Shown: positions 22,812-36,587, counted from the first letter of the whole stretch. The stretch is 63,990 nt of DNA, filler included, from Licmophora abbreviata (GCA_900291995.1; 11 parts of 11 records of this genome joined end to end with filler, not necessarily neighbours in it); one strand, 5' to 3'. Numbers and translations: made by a program. Notes: generated by a model not told the origin, from the letters alone.

Positions 22812-23861
22812 ATGACAGCAACAGTGGTATGTTTTTGAGAATGGTTTCATGCGTGCCAATTAGGGTTTGAAACGAGCGTTTCGCCGCGAGAGACCCTCAC
22901 TATCGTTGACTCCTTTCCTGTCGCTACAGGAATCCAGTGGAACGCCTCTCCAGTCCGGCTACTCGTTCTTTTACATGAGGAGGGGAAAGGGGGCAAAGGA
23001 GCCTAAGAGCGACGCTGATGACAAGGAAAGCGGGCCCTCAAATGCGTACGAGTCGTCCATCAAGTCGATCTCTACGATCAACACCGTCGAAGAGTTCTGG
23101 AACACGTACAACTTTCTTGCGCGCCCGAGCGATTTGCCAGCCACGACAGATTACCACTTCTTTCGCCAGGGCATCAAGCCCACGTGGGAAGATCCCTCCA
23201 ACATGAAAGGAGGCAAGTGGATCGTCAGGCTTCGCAAGGGACTGGCCAGTCGCTACTGGGAAGAATCTCTTCTGGCTTTGATTGGCGGCCAGTTTCCTGG
23301 GGTTCCCGAAGGAGAAATCTGCGGCTGTGTGTTGAGCATCCGCTACAAGTGAGTCGAGTCGCGTCGCGTCGCGTCGTTTTTTATTGTTCTTGTCGTTTTC
23401 GAATAAAGTCGGATGGCTCACCGTTTACCGTCGCCGGACGCCTATCGTATGTCTTCTAGTGAGGATATTTTGGGTATCTGGAATCGCACCGCTGGTGATC
23501 GAGAGACGACCGAGCGGATCCGAGACGCAATCAAGCGCGTCCTTCAGCTCCCGCCTCATGCCCATATGGTGAGTTACTGATCTTCTCCCTTTGCCGAAAC
23601 GTTGCGAAGCTCCGGGGCCTTATCGTAGCGTACCGTACGTTATCTCTTTCGTTTCCACGACAGGAGTACAAACCTCATCAGAACTCTCTGCAGGACAAGT
23701 CTTCTTTCCGCAATACGCATGTTTGGAAACCAAAGTCAGTGGAACGTTCAGACTCGCGCGGCCGCGACGCTCCCCCGCCACGCAGACAGGGATCTTGGGG
23801 TGAACGGGAAGAGACTAATAGGAGCAGGCCTAAGCGAGAAACGGAACGTTCGTGGCGTTGA
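22812..23861 (+). CDS. Class II eIF4E (4EHP/nCBP-like); introns 22827-22929, 23349-23459, 23569-23663
   Basis: Motifs TVEEFW, DYHFFRQGIKPTWEDPSNMKGGKW, YWEESLLALIGGQF, SIRYNEDILGIWNR and EYKPH..SLQDKSSFRNT; F and Y at the W43/W56-equivalent positions. Confidence 0.9.
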
Positions 23862-23965
23862 ATCTATGGACGCTAAATCAAGCAGGAGGCAACACTCTCA
23901 CGGCTACTGCAACCTAATCATACTAGTATTCAGACCCCATCTGATCGCAGATCGCGCCTCCGTAT

Positions 23966-26900
23966 CTACTGTTTGCTAGACGAATTGCCGAGAGAGCTGC
24001 CCCTCTTCCTCGGCCCAACACTAGAATCCCTCGAGCGCTTTTGTCCCCGGGACGAAGCGACGGTCTTGTCGTCTTGGATTTCATCAAACTTTGTCAAGTC
24101 AAGCGTAAGGGTACGGCTGGAGTTCGTACTAACGTCTCGGCAAATACCAATCAGACTCTGACTGCGCTCGTAGAACATATCCTTCAAGCTGATGACGATG
24201 CACTGGAAGTCGGTCTTGCTGCGCTGGCTGATGTAGTTGCAGACCTTGCGAATGTTCACTGTAGAGTAAAACGACACACAAGTAAATATGGGTAAGTCCA
24301 CTGCACCGCAAAGGCTGCACTCGCTGACTCGTCGAAGCGGATTCAGCCCTCTTACCATTATCCAGGGCGGCATCGACCTCGTCCATCACGAAGAAGGGTG
24401 CTGGACGGTACGAATGAATCGCGAACAAAAGCGCTAGGGCAGCCACGGTCTTTTCACCCCCACTAAGCTGTTCCATGTCACGGAAACGTTTCATCGGAGG
24501 CATCGCGTTGAATTTGAGACCGCCACGGTACGGCTCGTCCGTATCGTCAAGACTCAGATAGGCGTTCCCTCCCAAAGGATGCTTGCTGCTCTTGGTCATG
24601 TCAGTGTAGATAGTCTTGAGCGCCTCATCGATGTATTGGAACGCTTCATTGAAGCGCTTCGCACGCTGGCTCTTGACCTTCTGAAAAGCGTGAACGGCCT
24701 TTCGGGTATCCGACCGGGCTTGGTCAAAGTCAGCACCGCTTGCCTTCAAACGCTCGGTGACGCTATCGAAGGCGTCGTTTGCCTGATATTCAATATGAAA
24801 TAGATGAACGAGTTAGTCAGGGGAAAAGTTCATATGAAATCGACCACAGAGGACTGACATACCTTCATGTTCGGAGCCATGCCTTCAATGTCTGCAGCGA
24901 TCTTGGCGAGTTTGTCCTCGAAGTCTTTCTTGAGCCTCTTCTCTTCCCGGTCGCTCAGCCTCTGTTTGAGTTTGGAGCGCAAAGGAGTGAAATCGACCTT
25001 GGATGCATCGCGACGTTCCGAAACGTTGCGAGGATGATCCGCCTGAGAGAATCCCAGTGTGTCCTGGGTACCGGAATTAGGCATGCTTGACGCTTCCGAC
25101 ATCTGAGATCCCACCGTCGTTTGCGAGCGCTGGCGAGACCTGGCGCCTCTCTGACTCAACTCAGGCTCACTTTCATTACTTACGATCGGCAGCTCGACCT
25201 CCTCGACCCGTGCCTTCTGAAGCGTCTCGTGCAGCTTTCCGCGCAAGCGTTCCAGGGCGCTTTCTTCGGCGTTGATCGCTTTGCTGACGCGAAGGCGCTC
25301 CGCCTGCACATTGCCAGACTCGCCTTGGGCAACACGGACGCTCTCGTCGAAGTCCGTCTCTTTCTCAGACGCAACCTTGACGGATGCTTCTGCATCAGCG
25401 AGTTTCGCCTTGGCTTCCGCCATGCTCTTGAGCAGATCGGTCTCTTTCTTCTTTGCGGCTTCAATCTTCTTCTTCCTGTCGGCCAGGCGCTTCTCGTGGC
25501 GCGAAATTGGTTTCTTGAAATCTCGATTGATCTCGTAATTTTTCTGCTGTTCAAGCTTGGCAATATGCTCCATGATCGTTCGCTTCTGTATGTTGAAATC
25601 CTCGCGACTTTTTCCGACGGCTTCCTCGTACGCCTGCAAGTCTTGCAGTCCCGTCTCTTCTCGGAACGGAGCGAGATGGTCGTCTTCAGCCGCTTTGACC
25701 TTCTGGATGGAATCGTCCACCTTGGCCGACATCTCCTCCACCGCCTTCTCGGCGTTCGCTAGCTGCGCCTCTAGTTTGGAGAGCTGCTTCTCTGTAGATG
25801 ATAGCAGCGCTTTCTTCTCCTTGAGCTGTTTCGAAGTGTACTCCAAGTCGCTCTTCGAATATTGATCTCGGTTGCGAAGGTTTCCTAGAGCATTGCGGAG
25901 ATCTTCAATTTTGGCGGAGTGAGAAGTCGACCCACGACTATCGCCACGGCGACCGCGACTGTCAAGCTCAGCTCGTTCTGCTTCCAACTGTTCCTTCTTT
26001 TCGCGGAGCTTCTCGATCTCGCGGTCGTCCCAGCGTCCAGCCCGAGCGTCGTCCTCGCTCGTCACGCCTCCCGTCATGGTGCCCGCTTTGCTGATCACGG
26101 CGCCACCGACTGTGACGGCCTTGACTCGTGCTTCAGCAGGTCCTTGACGACGAGATCCCTGTTGTCCACCAAAACAGAGGTCGCGCGCAGAGTCCAAGTC
26201 GTCGCAAATGACCGTGTTCCCAACCGCATAGAGAACGGCCCGCTTGATGTGGTCATCGCATGCAATCACATCGCACGCCATACGGAAGCGGTCGTCTTCC
26301 TGGGTCATGGCACGGACACGCTCAGTAGCATCAGTGGTAGGAATTTGAAGCTTGTCAAGCGGAAGAAAGGTAGCAACGCCGATCCGCTGCTCACGCAAGT
26401 ACTTGATGCAGTCGAAGGCAGTCTGCTCCGTGTCAACGACAACAGAGTCCATATCTCTGCCCCCAGCGACGGTGACGGCAAGGTTAAATCGACGCTGACT
26501 GGGGCGACAGAGGTCGACTAGCCGACCCAGAACTCCTGGGAAATGCCGTTTCAGGGTAGAGATGGCCTGTTGGATGCGCTCCTCTTCCCTGTTCTTACGC
26601 CGGTCGTCGCGGACGTCTTGAAGGGTCGAATTGACCTGTTCGATTTCCGTGTCCAACTCTTCGCGACGCGACTGCGCTTCTTGAGCCGACTTTTGAACAG
26701 TCTGCAGTTCATTCTCTGTCGTGAAAAGATCCGTCTTGGTTTTGTCTAGACTCTGCAGTACGTGCGAGAAAATGAATAGCAAACATTAGAGAAACAATCC
26801 ATCGCGCACTCGCAGGACCAGGACGCCCGCACAATTACATTCGCACCTTTGATAACTTCTCTTTGCGCTCCGTGAAATCGCGAACGTCCCGCGCTGCCTC

Positions 26901-28181
26901 GTCACGGCGTCCCTTGACCTCATGGAGTTCCTGCGTGACATTCGCTGCTTTGGCTCGCGCTGTCTCCAGTTGGCGATTCAGCGAAGTAAGAATGCGACGC
27001 GGCTTGTCGCTGGCAGCAGCCGCAGCTTCGCGAACGCGCTCGTACTCGACCTCTTGGTCTTCCGTCAAGGTGACTTCATCAGGCCCCCTGGCACCACGCT
27101 TCACCTCTTCGTAGTCTGCCTCGAGATGCTCCTGTGTCTCCTTGTACTCAGCAATCTCCGACTCCAATTTTTCGAGAGTGTCACTGTGAGACTCAGCTCC
27201 TTTCTTCATTTTGGTGAGTTCCGTCTCGTCCAACTTTATCTTTTTGGAAAGATTCTTGATTTCTTCCGTGGTCTTGATAATGGAGGGTTCAAGCTTGTCG
27301 ACTTCTGCCGCTAGCTGAATGCGCAACTTGTCCACCGCCGCCGTCGCACGACGAGCCGCGCTGACTTTCTTCTTGGCTTCCTTCAAGGTAGCGTTTTGCT
27401 CTTGCTCACTATCTTCGATTCCCTTAAGTTCTTCCTTCAACTCGTCGGCAGTCTCTTCACGCTCTTCCATGTCAGCATGAATGTGAAAGAGCAACCAAAG
27501 ATACATTTCGGTCTGAAGCGTGGCCTTCTTCTCCAAGAAAGAATGAAAGCGTTCGGCTTCTTCTTTCTGATCCTTAAGAAGACGACGTTCCGATTTGTAT
27601 CCTTTCTGCTTATTGTAGGCAAAGATAGTGGCCGATTCTGCTTCTTCCTTGGCCTTCAGCGCTTCCTCGTAAGCGTGTCGGAGTTCAGCCGAAGTGGATA
27701 TTTGTTCGAGCATCTCAACGAGTTCCTTGGGGCTCTTGCGGGCAATACTTTCGACGTCGCCTTGAAAGACAAGGAAATTGCGAGCCTTCAAGAGAACTCC
27801 AATGTCGCCGAGGCGTTCTTCGTATTCGGCAAAGGAGACGACTTCATCGTCGACGCGGTACTCGCCGACTCCGGAAGGCGAAATGCTGCGGGAGAAGCGA
27901 AACTCTTCTCCAGTCGTCGGATCTTCGTATACAAGCGTCGCAGACGCACCGAGCTGTGGGTGCCTGGGATTGCTCCCAGGAGGTCGAAAGATGAGGTCCT
28001 TCATTTGCGAGCTGCGTAGATCGCGCGATTGGACACCAAAGACGAAGGAGATCGCATCCATGAGATTGGATTTTCCAGAGCCATTGGGACCGACAATCGA
28101 CGTGAAGTCCTTGAAGGGACCGATCTTCTGAACGCCCGAGTAGGACTTGAAGTTCTCCAGTTCCAAGTAGGTCACCGGCAT
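23966..28181 (-). CDS. SMC1: Structural maintenance of chromosomes protein 1 (cohesin); introns 26753-26846, 24783-24862, 24259-24355
   Basis: LENFKSY, Walker [10 protein letters not shown], a hinge domain, [19 protein letters not shown] and DEVDAALDN. Confidence 0.96.
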
Positions 28182-29103
28182 GATGGAAGAGCGAGGAAAG
28201 CAACAATGACGATGCTACTGTGCTGTTCGTAGGAGTGGATACTAAAAAAAGTCGCACCAACGTGAATCGACCAGAATTCCTTCAATTTCCGTTTTTCGAG
28301 CTTGTTCCACGACGTTCGTAGCGCGTGGACTTAAATGGGAAAGTAGGGAGTGACGAACACAAGAGAAACGAGGAGAAACGGGAAAAGAGGACAACACAAT
28401 GGCGACTTTGGTCGACGCCGAGTGATGTTCAATTTCGACGAATTTGTGATTTCGTGCTGGTCTCTCCCGCAACATTTTTGGCGCGCCAGACTGGCGCGCT
28501 CTCAAATCACGAGCTCTCTAACGAAGAGGATGGTATGGTAGTGACGTAGAAGTAGGATCGGAATATGATCGGATCGGAGCTCGAACTGAGAACGTCACTG
28601 TCGACTTTTGACCCTTGGCCAGCGGTATCGATGATGATGAAGCGTGCCGACGACGAACCATGATTCGATTCTTGTTGATGGACGGATCACATTGGTANNN
28701 NNNNNNNNNNNNNNNNNNNNNNNNNNNNNNNNNNNNNNNNNTTAATTAATTAANNNNNNNNNNNNNNNNNNNNNNNNNNNNNNNNNNNNNNNNNNNNGCC
28801 TGTGATCTCGTTCAAGGCTTTTCTAAAGAAGTGTATTCGTACGACTATGATATGCCCACTCTAGGTAGGAAACCAATACTACGACGTAGTACAGTGAACT
28901 ACGAAGTAGATAAAATCGAGAAACCCTCGTGACCAGTCGAATGAGTCGAGTTGCAAGAGAGTCCAAAGTCATCAAGAATTTGCGATGAACTCATCGCGGT
29001 GCTCTGGCCTCAACTTTGTTTAGTCCAACTTATTGCCACTTTGTTGGGCTCTCGTTCACTGGTTCGAACCTCCCGGCCCCCCAAATTAATTGGTTTGGTC
29101 GCT

Positions 29104-32100
29104 ATGAGTGCTGCAGGTCGCCGTATTTCGCCTGCGACTCAAACGGCACTAGAGGCGGCGCGGCATATTTGCCAAGAGGCACGCGTCGTGCTCACTTCGC
29201 TGCGTGCTGGTCCTCCTGCTGTGGCTCGAGGAGAACTGGCGCAGGACTTGATGGATCTACGGTTTGTAGTGAAGGATCATTTGGATACTACATATCTGTC
29301 TACTAAGGTCGGTCGCGACGATGCACCGGGTCCTTCCGCAATCACTTCCAAATCAGACGAAGATAATTCGGTCATTCCCAGCAAGGCTGCTGTCACTCCT
29401 CCGCTGGAAGACGACGAGGAGGCTGTTTTGGTAGAGCGGCCGTACACTCAAGGCTCCAGCTTGCCCCATGAGTCACCCATGCCCAAATCAAGAATTTGCA
29501 ATTTCTCTCCCGGCGCTCCCCAAGTCAAGGAATTCGGACATGGCCCGACTCGGTCATTGTTGTTGTCTCCCGAGCATGTTGGCCCGTATGCACGTCCCTT
29601 TTTGGCCGTGGTCATGGACCCGCGTGCGGCAGGGCCTCACACTCTTTTGGCACTGCGTGCCTTGTTTCGTTTGCTGGAACGTGGATCATTGGTGGAGCCG
29701 AGCTCCCACAAGCACGAGTATCACGTCGCGCTGGAGCCTCTCATGAAGGGGGTCCTAGCATGCAAGTTCGAGCAAACAGACGCCGGAGCCGATGAAGCCG
29801 TGGAAATGGCAATTGCGGATTTGCTGGCATTGCTGGTGGCTTTGAGTCAGAAAGCCTTCTTGCCCCACACGTTGATGGATGCCTTCAACACTGTCTTTGT
29901 CACACGCAACACCTTTGTTCACAGTCCGGCTCTCTGTTACCACTTTGAAGACGTGTTGGCCTCCATGGTAGTATCTGTGTTCGAAAACGTCACGACCGGA
30001 GCATCGGAGGAAGCTGCTCGTCTCATTCTTGAGTTCCTGGTCAATCAGCTGCTTCATACGCCACTTATGGGCGGTGAGGCATTGGACGATGCAGCACGCG
30101 AAGCTCAGGTTGCTCACGATGCAACTCGCGTCCTGTGCCTGCGACTGTCACGCTGCTGTCTTCGCTCCGGGTGGGGCAATGCTGCGGATGGAGATGTCGT
30201 CGTCGACTCTGCTCCTTTGATACCCGATCTCGAGGACTGCCCCGCAGGCCAGCCTCGAGTCGACGCCGTGCCTACTGCTGCGCTCATCATTGAGCGACCC
30301 CTCCTCCGCATTATTCAGGACGACTTGTGTTTATCGCTTCTCATGACAGGCCAGGCGATTTGGGCATATCATGACTCGACTACCAACATTTCTCCGGGGT
30401 TCATCTCATTGGAAGTCTTGTCAGAAATTTGTGCGACACTTTCGACTCTTTGGAACACGGTCAGCCTTCGTCGTCATTTGGGTGAACAGTTTGAAAAAGT
30501 CTTTACTGGTTTCTACCAGCGTGCGCTGGTTCTTTTGCGAAAGCGAGCCAACGCAGATGATCCCATCTCCTTCAATGCCAACCTTGCTTTTGATGCGGAA
30601 GTGGAAATTATCCTGGAGTCACTCGTGGACCTGCTTTGTTTGCATGAGTCAGCTCCCAGCACTCCGTCCAAACGCAAGAGCGCTATCGAAGCCTTATTTG
30701 CAACATACGATTGTAGCTTGAGTCACGCCGATGTGGCGGGGGCTCTGATGGTGGAGCTGTGCCGCTGCTGCGGAGGCATCATTGACGATGACGGCGAGGT
30801 TGTGTTGGGACGCCCCGTGCCGTCCAGAGAGACAGCCCCTGACGATTCTTTATCTGTGACAGCACCAACAGTGTCACGCCAGAGCAGTCGAGCTAGTCTT
30901 GGGCGATCTGAAAGCGCGCCGATGGCGTCATTGCGAGAAGTTCCAGCTCATCTCAAAGAGCTATGCGCGGAAGCCTTGTCTGGAAGTATGAAGTGTCTAT
31001 TCCATGGTGACTCGCCGGAGGAAGAAAATCACATTCGGCCCTCTGGTGCTCTTAGGACAGTGCACGAGCGGATCCCACTGAGTCCCCGCGGCGACGTACA
31101 GGATGATCGCCCGCGGGATCTTGACTCTCCTTACCAGGAAGAGCGTCTAAGAGCGCAATTCGCTGGCGGATCTGTCTCTCTACGATATATCAAGTCCCAG
31201 AAGCAGCTCCTCCGCCGTGCTGCCAAGCTCTTCAACAAGAAATCGTCAAAGGGAATCGAGTTCTTGATGACTTCAAGACTTATTCCTGATCCTGTTACGC
31301 CTGTCAGTGTCGCTGGCTTCCTCCGGAACGCTCTAGTGGTTGGGCTCGACAAGGCCGCCGTTGGTGCGTACTTGGGAGAAATCGGCAAAGCGCCGGCGGC
31401 GGGCAAGTCGCCGCCCATCTGGGCACGCGATTGGTTCCATAAGGAAGTGCTCGAATCGTACTGCACCATGTTCCGCTTCGAGGGACAGAGTCTGCTCGAC
31501 GGACTCCGGATGTTCTTGGCTGCATTTCGCTTGCCTGGGGAGGGTCAGCAGATCGATCGCATTATTCAGGCGTTTGCCGAAAGCTGCGGACGTATCTGCG
31601 ATGAATCAGCGCGCCTCAAGCTTTTCTCCGACGACCCAAAGCGAGCGAGCGACCCGGCTTTCCTATTGGCGTACAGTATCATCATGCTTAACACCGATCT
31701 TCACAACAGCAACATCCGCGAGGACCGGAAGATGTCTCTTGAGGCCTTTATTCGCAATAATACCGATTACGGACGCGATATAACGGAGCGTGGGAAGGAG
31801 CTTCCGCGGAAATTCCTTACTGGTATATACGAAGCCATCCGTGACGAGGAGATTCGCACGGAAGGCGAAGGGGCGGAAGGCCACATGACCGTCGAAAGGT
31901 GGAAAGACGTCCTGCGTGGCTCCACGGGGGACGCAGACCCTAGCGCAATTGCATTACCAAACGAACGGGACGATCCAGATCTGAAGGAAGTTGTCCTCGA
32001 GACGTTGTGGCAGCCGGTCCTTTCGGCAATTGGTGCTTTTTGGGACGTAGTTAAGTCCGACGAACATTGGTCCGATGCCGCTAGCATCGAAAGTAGCCAC

Positions 32101-34843
32101 AACATGATGCTGGGTGCCCAGGGAGCACGCTTAGGAATGGACATGGCCATCGATTTACTTGAAGGAGTCCGAAACATGAACCGCATTGATGTTTTTCGGC
32201 AAGTGTTCTCACAAGTTTGTCAGTATACGGGATTGCTTGAATCCCAGCTCAACGCGGTGGATCAGACATGGGCTTTCGTAAATTCTGTTGAAGCGCAGAG
32301 CGCTGTTGTCGTTGCAATCAAAATGGCGAGGGAGGCGGGAAATGATATTGGGCGTGAGGGGTGGAAGAATGTCTGGGGGATGATATTTGAACTGCGCGAC
32401 TTAAAACTACTTGGTGGAGGGGTCAAAAGGAAGCAGACAAGCATGCTAATGGAGAGTGATCCGGACCTCCTCACTGCCGGGGGTCGACGCGAATGGAACA
32501 TGTGGTTGGTAAAGGGAGACGTTGACAGCGAAGCCGAGATCGCCCAGAATAAAAAGAAAGCATCCTCGTCACTCTTCGGGGCCTTGTTTGGCAGCACCGA
32601 GCCGAGTGTCGGGAATTCTCTTTCTAATCGCGCTGAAACCGAATTGAAGCACGGGAGGNNNNNNNNNNNNNNNNNNNNNNNNNNNNNNNNNNNNNNNNNN
32701 NNTTAATTAATTAANNNNNNNNNNNNNNNNNNNNNNNNNNNNNNNNNNNNNNNNNNNNACCGAGCCGAGTGTCGGGAATTCTCTTTCTAATCGCGCTGAA
32801 ACCGAATTGAAGCAGGGGAGGGGTGGTATGCTTGGTAAGGGAGAATCTGTTATTTGGGACGAACTGGCACCGAGTGATGATGAAGACCACGGGGTTATCG
32901 ACGACAATGTAGACCATGGACCCACCGGTTCAGAAAATTCTTTTGTCCTTACCGCCGGTACTGCTTTCGAGAACCAGCTTATTCAAGAGGACATTATTCT
33001 TCAGCTTCAGGCAGACACGAACATACCCGTCACTGGTCTTGAAAGGGCGGAAGACACACGACGATACAGGCTTTCCCCTCGGGCAAGAGTAAGGAAGCGC
33101 TTGCTTCTCGCCTGCGACTTTGCCGGGCTAGTCGCCGATAGCCGATTCATGGACAAGGATGGATTCGAAAGTCTTCTCTCCGCGCTTGTGGGGATCGTTG
33201 CACACTGCACGAACGGTCGCAGTAGTCTGACTGCTGCTGACGCAGTCTCGGATGTTGCGGACGATAGCAATGCCGATGGTGCTGTTGGATCCAGCCCCGT
33301 CACTCTTTTGAGCCCGGCATCGGAAGCTTTTGCTGAAGTGCTTATCGCCGAGACTTCGATTAAGAATCGAGACAGACTAGAGACTACGTGGCAGTCGATA
33401 CTGAAAGAACACTACACATCACGACTGCAGTGTTACGGCGAGTCCAATGCGTTCGACGGTGCTTCTCGAAAATTCCCAAACCCCGCAACCCCTGGAATTG
33501 AGAAATGCGCCACAGGTCTACTACGGGTTTGCTCATGCGCCGTCTCTAGAGAGACTATGGCGAATGACATTGTTTGCGCCTTGTCGCTTCTTTATCCATC
33601 CGAGTCAAGCGCAGGATCAAATCACCTAGCTGATCTGGACAGGCATCTTAGCGAAGGTCTTTGGCGAATATCTCGAAACGTAGATGGTCTTCAAAACCTT
33701 ACGAGCAACGGCTGGGATTCCCTCCTCGGGCTTATCGAATGGTGCGCTTCAGTTGGCGATAGGTCCATGCCAGTCATCGTTGACCGCGATGGCACGTCGG
33801 CTGGGCTCGCAGAGGAAAACCCGGCTCTACAGGCCTATCGATCTCTTCATGTTATTCTTCATGCTCCGGAGTTGCAGGATGCTGTGCCGTTCGGTGCAAT
33901 TCGAAGCATTCGTGCTTTGGTTGCTACCGGCGAGAGAACGAACTTTCCTAAGCTCTCTGTTGCAGGACTGGACATGATTCTGGTTCTAAACAACCGGGTC
34001 GAATCCGACGATGACGCGACTAACCCCGTCGACGACAGCTTCTGGAAAAGTTCTTGGATGCCTCTCCTCGAGGGAATGGCAGAAGCAGCGAAGTATAGTC
34101 AGTACTCGGTAGGTCGAGGGGATCATACGATACCAGGACTATCTCTTTTTGAATCTAACACTTCGCTTGTTGTTCGTTCACAGGGCGTGCGACAGCACGC
34201 AATTTCAATGCTGACAGACTCTTTCATCGACAAGCAAGGTCGCCTTATACCACCCTATCACTTTTGCCAGGCGATGCCACTTGTATGCATCCCTCTGGCA
34301 GGCGAGCGCATTGCCGAGATGCTGCGAGATGAGATTGCAATGGTTGAGAATGTTGAAGAAGTCATGATTGAGTTTGAGCTATGCATCAGTCTCCTATTCA
34401 AGCCTCTCCTGCATCACCTGAAGAGTATTCTCGTTCTAGAAGCCGACTTCTTGGTCGTGTGGAAGGCTCTGTTGAAAGTTCTTGAAGACCTCCTCGTCGA
34501 TGGACCGGCTGACGATGCGGTCAGCGAAAGAGGCATATCTCCCGCGAANNNNNNNNNNNNNNNNNNNNNNNNNNNNNNNNNNNNNNNNNNNNTTAATTAA
34601 TTAANNNNNNNNNNNNNNNNNNNNNNNNNNNNNNNNNNNNNNNNNNNNCACACCACGAAACAGCTTGCCACCGAGCACCTTCGAAACACGGTTATGGTGC
34701 TTCTTGCCAGTGGTGTCCTCGGAGCTGCCCCAGAGGCTCCGACTGGGGATATCAGCACCCTGACTTGGGACTCTATTGCCAAGATGACTTTCTGCAAAGA
34801 CCAAGCCGAAGAGTGGAAGCAGTCTGCGATCATGAATCTGTAG
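29104..34843 (+). CDS. Large Sec7-domain ARF guanine-nucleotide exchange factor (GBF1/GNOM-like), interrupted by two assembly gaps; intron 34109-34183
   Basis: DCB-like CKFEQTDAGADEAV; Sec7 FRLPGEGQQIDRII and LAYSIIMLNTDLHN; C-terminal EHLRNTVMVLLASG after the second gap; stop at 34841-34843. Confidence 0.9.
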
Positions 34844-34981
34844 CCAGCACGCACCCACTACGGGCTAGTCTATTCTCCCCCTTGCACCCCAAACTACTAG
34901 AAGACATTTATTGCACAAGCGGTGATTACTAGCAAAAGCGTTCACTCTATGATATGCATTTCGCCGTCTCTCCCTCTTTCT

Positions 34982-36181
34982 TCAAGACTCACGACTATTG
35001 AGGACTTTGAAAAAGGAACTGAAACGCTCTCCTGATGCTTTTGTTGCCATTCCGCCAATCTTGGAAACAATATCTACCGGTGATCGTCCGACGCGACCAG
35101 CGTCGCGTTCTGCTGCCTCGTGATCATTGAACCGAGGATACACGATGGGAAAGAAGGGCGACGATAGCTTGTCACCGTGTTCGAGGCCGTGCCGGCCCAA
35201 ATCTGAGAGTACACCTCCAGTTCCCCTCTTATCTGTGTAGAGTGTACCACCTTTGGCGGCCGTTCCTCCCAATACGCGTCGATACGACGTCCAGATCCCA
35301 TCCACTGGCCCATCAACCTTGTGAATAGTACGAGGGTGCCAAATAAGCATGTCCCCGGGCATTGTCCGGAACTCAAGCCACTCGTCCTTGTATTCTTCCA
35401 GTCCGTTTTGCTCGATATCCACAAAGACGGCCTGTTCGTCAACTGCGTCATTTCTGTGCGACCCCTTGAGGTACACTGGGGCGCCGTAGTCCTTGGGAGT
35501 TTCATCCATGGTAATCCAGAAGCGAATTCCATCGCCCCAAGTGATAGGTCCGTTCTGGTTGTCCTGATGCCATTTGAAACCCTTGTTCGGGTTTACCATG
35601 AGAAGGTCGGTCGATACTCGAATCTCATCAGTGCGACCACATTGGGCGAGGACATGTCCCATTGCAGAATGGTGGTAGAAGCTTGCAAAGGCTTTGTTCG
35701 TTTGCCAAACATTCCGCTGAATGTAATCGTAGAGCTTCGAGGCTGTACCCGCGAAGGCCCAAAAGTGCGGCTCGTCTACCTGACGCGCCGTCGCCTGTCG
35801 AAGGTAGTCGACCCACTCAGCGTCAAATACTCCCTTGATGTGCACAACCCCGTCTTCTTCTAGGGTTCGGATTTGTTCCTCCGTGATGGAGAAGGTTTCT
35901 GGGTCAGACTTTCTCTCCACAAGGCCATGAGGGAGCGTCAGCCCGGGATCCTGCAAACCAAAGTTGTATTCCCATAGTGCAGGCTCCTTAAGAATCTTTT
36001 TTCTCTCTCCGTTTTCCTGAGGTAAATTTGAAGCGACCTCCGTAGCGGTAGCACGAGTCTCGTTCTCGGTCAAAGAAGACTGTCCCATGGCAGTGATTCT
36101 GGCAAACGATCTCGTCGGCGTCGGAGCGAACGATGCCGCTCCTGTCACTAGCAAGACGATGGTCACTACGGTCAGCTTCAT
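34982..36181 (-). CDS. Plastid-targeted PhyH-family Fe(II)/2-oxoglutarate dioxygenase (candidate chlorophyll c synthase-like)
   Basis: Signal peptide plus AAS-FAP (ASAFAP-like) motif; facial triad WHQD...PGDMLIWHPRTIH; LEEDGVVHIKGVF. Confidence 0.85.
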   Translation of the reverse strand: MKLTVVTIVLLVTGAASFAPTPTRSFARITAMGQSSLTENETRATATEVASNLPQENGERKKILKEPALWEYNFGLQDPGLTLPHGLVERKSDPETFSITEEQIRTLEEDGVVHIKGVFDAEWVDYLRQATARQVDEPHFWAFAGTASKLYDYIQRNVWQTNKAFASFYHHSAMGHVLAQCGRTDEIRVSTDLLMVNPNKGFKWHQDNQNGPITWGDGIRFWITMDETPKDYGAPVYLKGSHRNDAVDEQAVFVDIEQNGLEEYKDEWLEFRTMPGDMLIWHPRTIHKVDGPVDGIWTSYRRVLGGTAAKGGTLYTDKRGTGGVLSDLGRHGLEHGDKLSSPFFPIVYPRFNDHEAAERDAGRVGRSPVDIVSKIGGMATKASGERFSSFFKVLNSRES

Positions 36182-36587
36182 GGTGCAATTATCAAAGATT
36201 CTTCGCAGTCTAAGGCAAGAAGGGGAGTCTGTGGCATGGCAGTCTTCCCGTGATTTGCACCGGGAGGGCGAAAAACGTGGACTCCTTCAAGTTTGCACTT
36301 AGTCAAAGTTGGCGCCAAAAGCAATTGGATTTCGTTCTACAACGGTTTGTACTGCATCCTGCGTAAGCTTTGGATCGGCGCTTCAAGTTCCGGGTGTCTT
36401 TTTGCTGTTGAAGCGAAAGATACTCGCCGCCGGTACCGGTACGTGTGGACGGGGACAGAAGGCAGGACGGCATTGGAGGGAGCGCGGCGAGAAAGAGAAA
36501 AGGAAGAGCAGATGGCGATTCATTCAGTGACAACGACGAGACATCGGCATCGCATCGTCCAATGCCGAACCAATTTCTACGAAAAGC

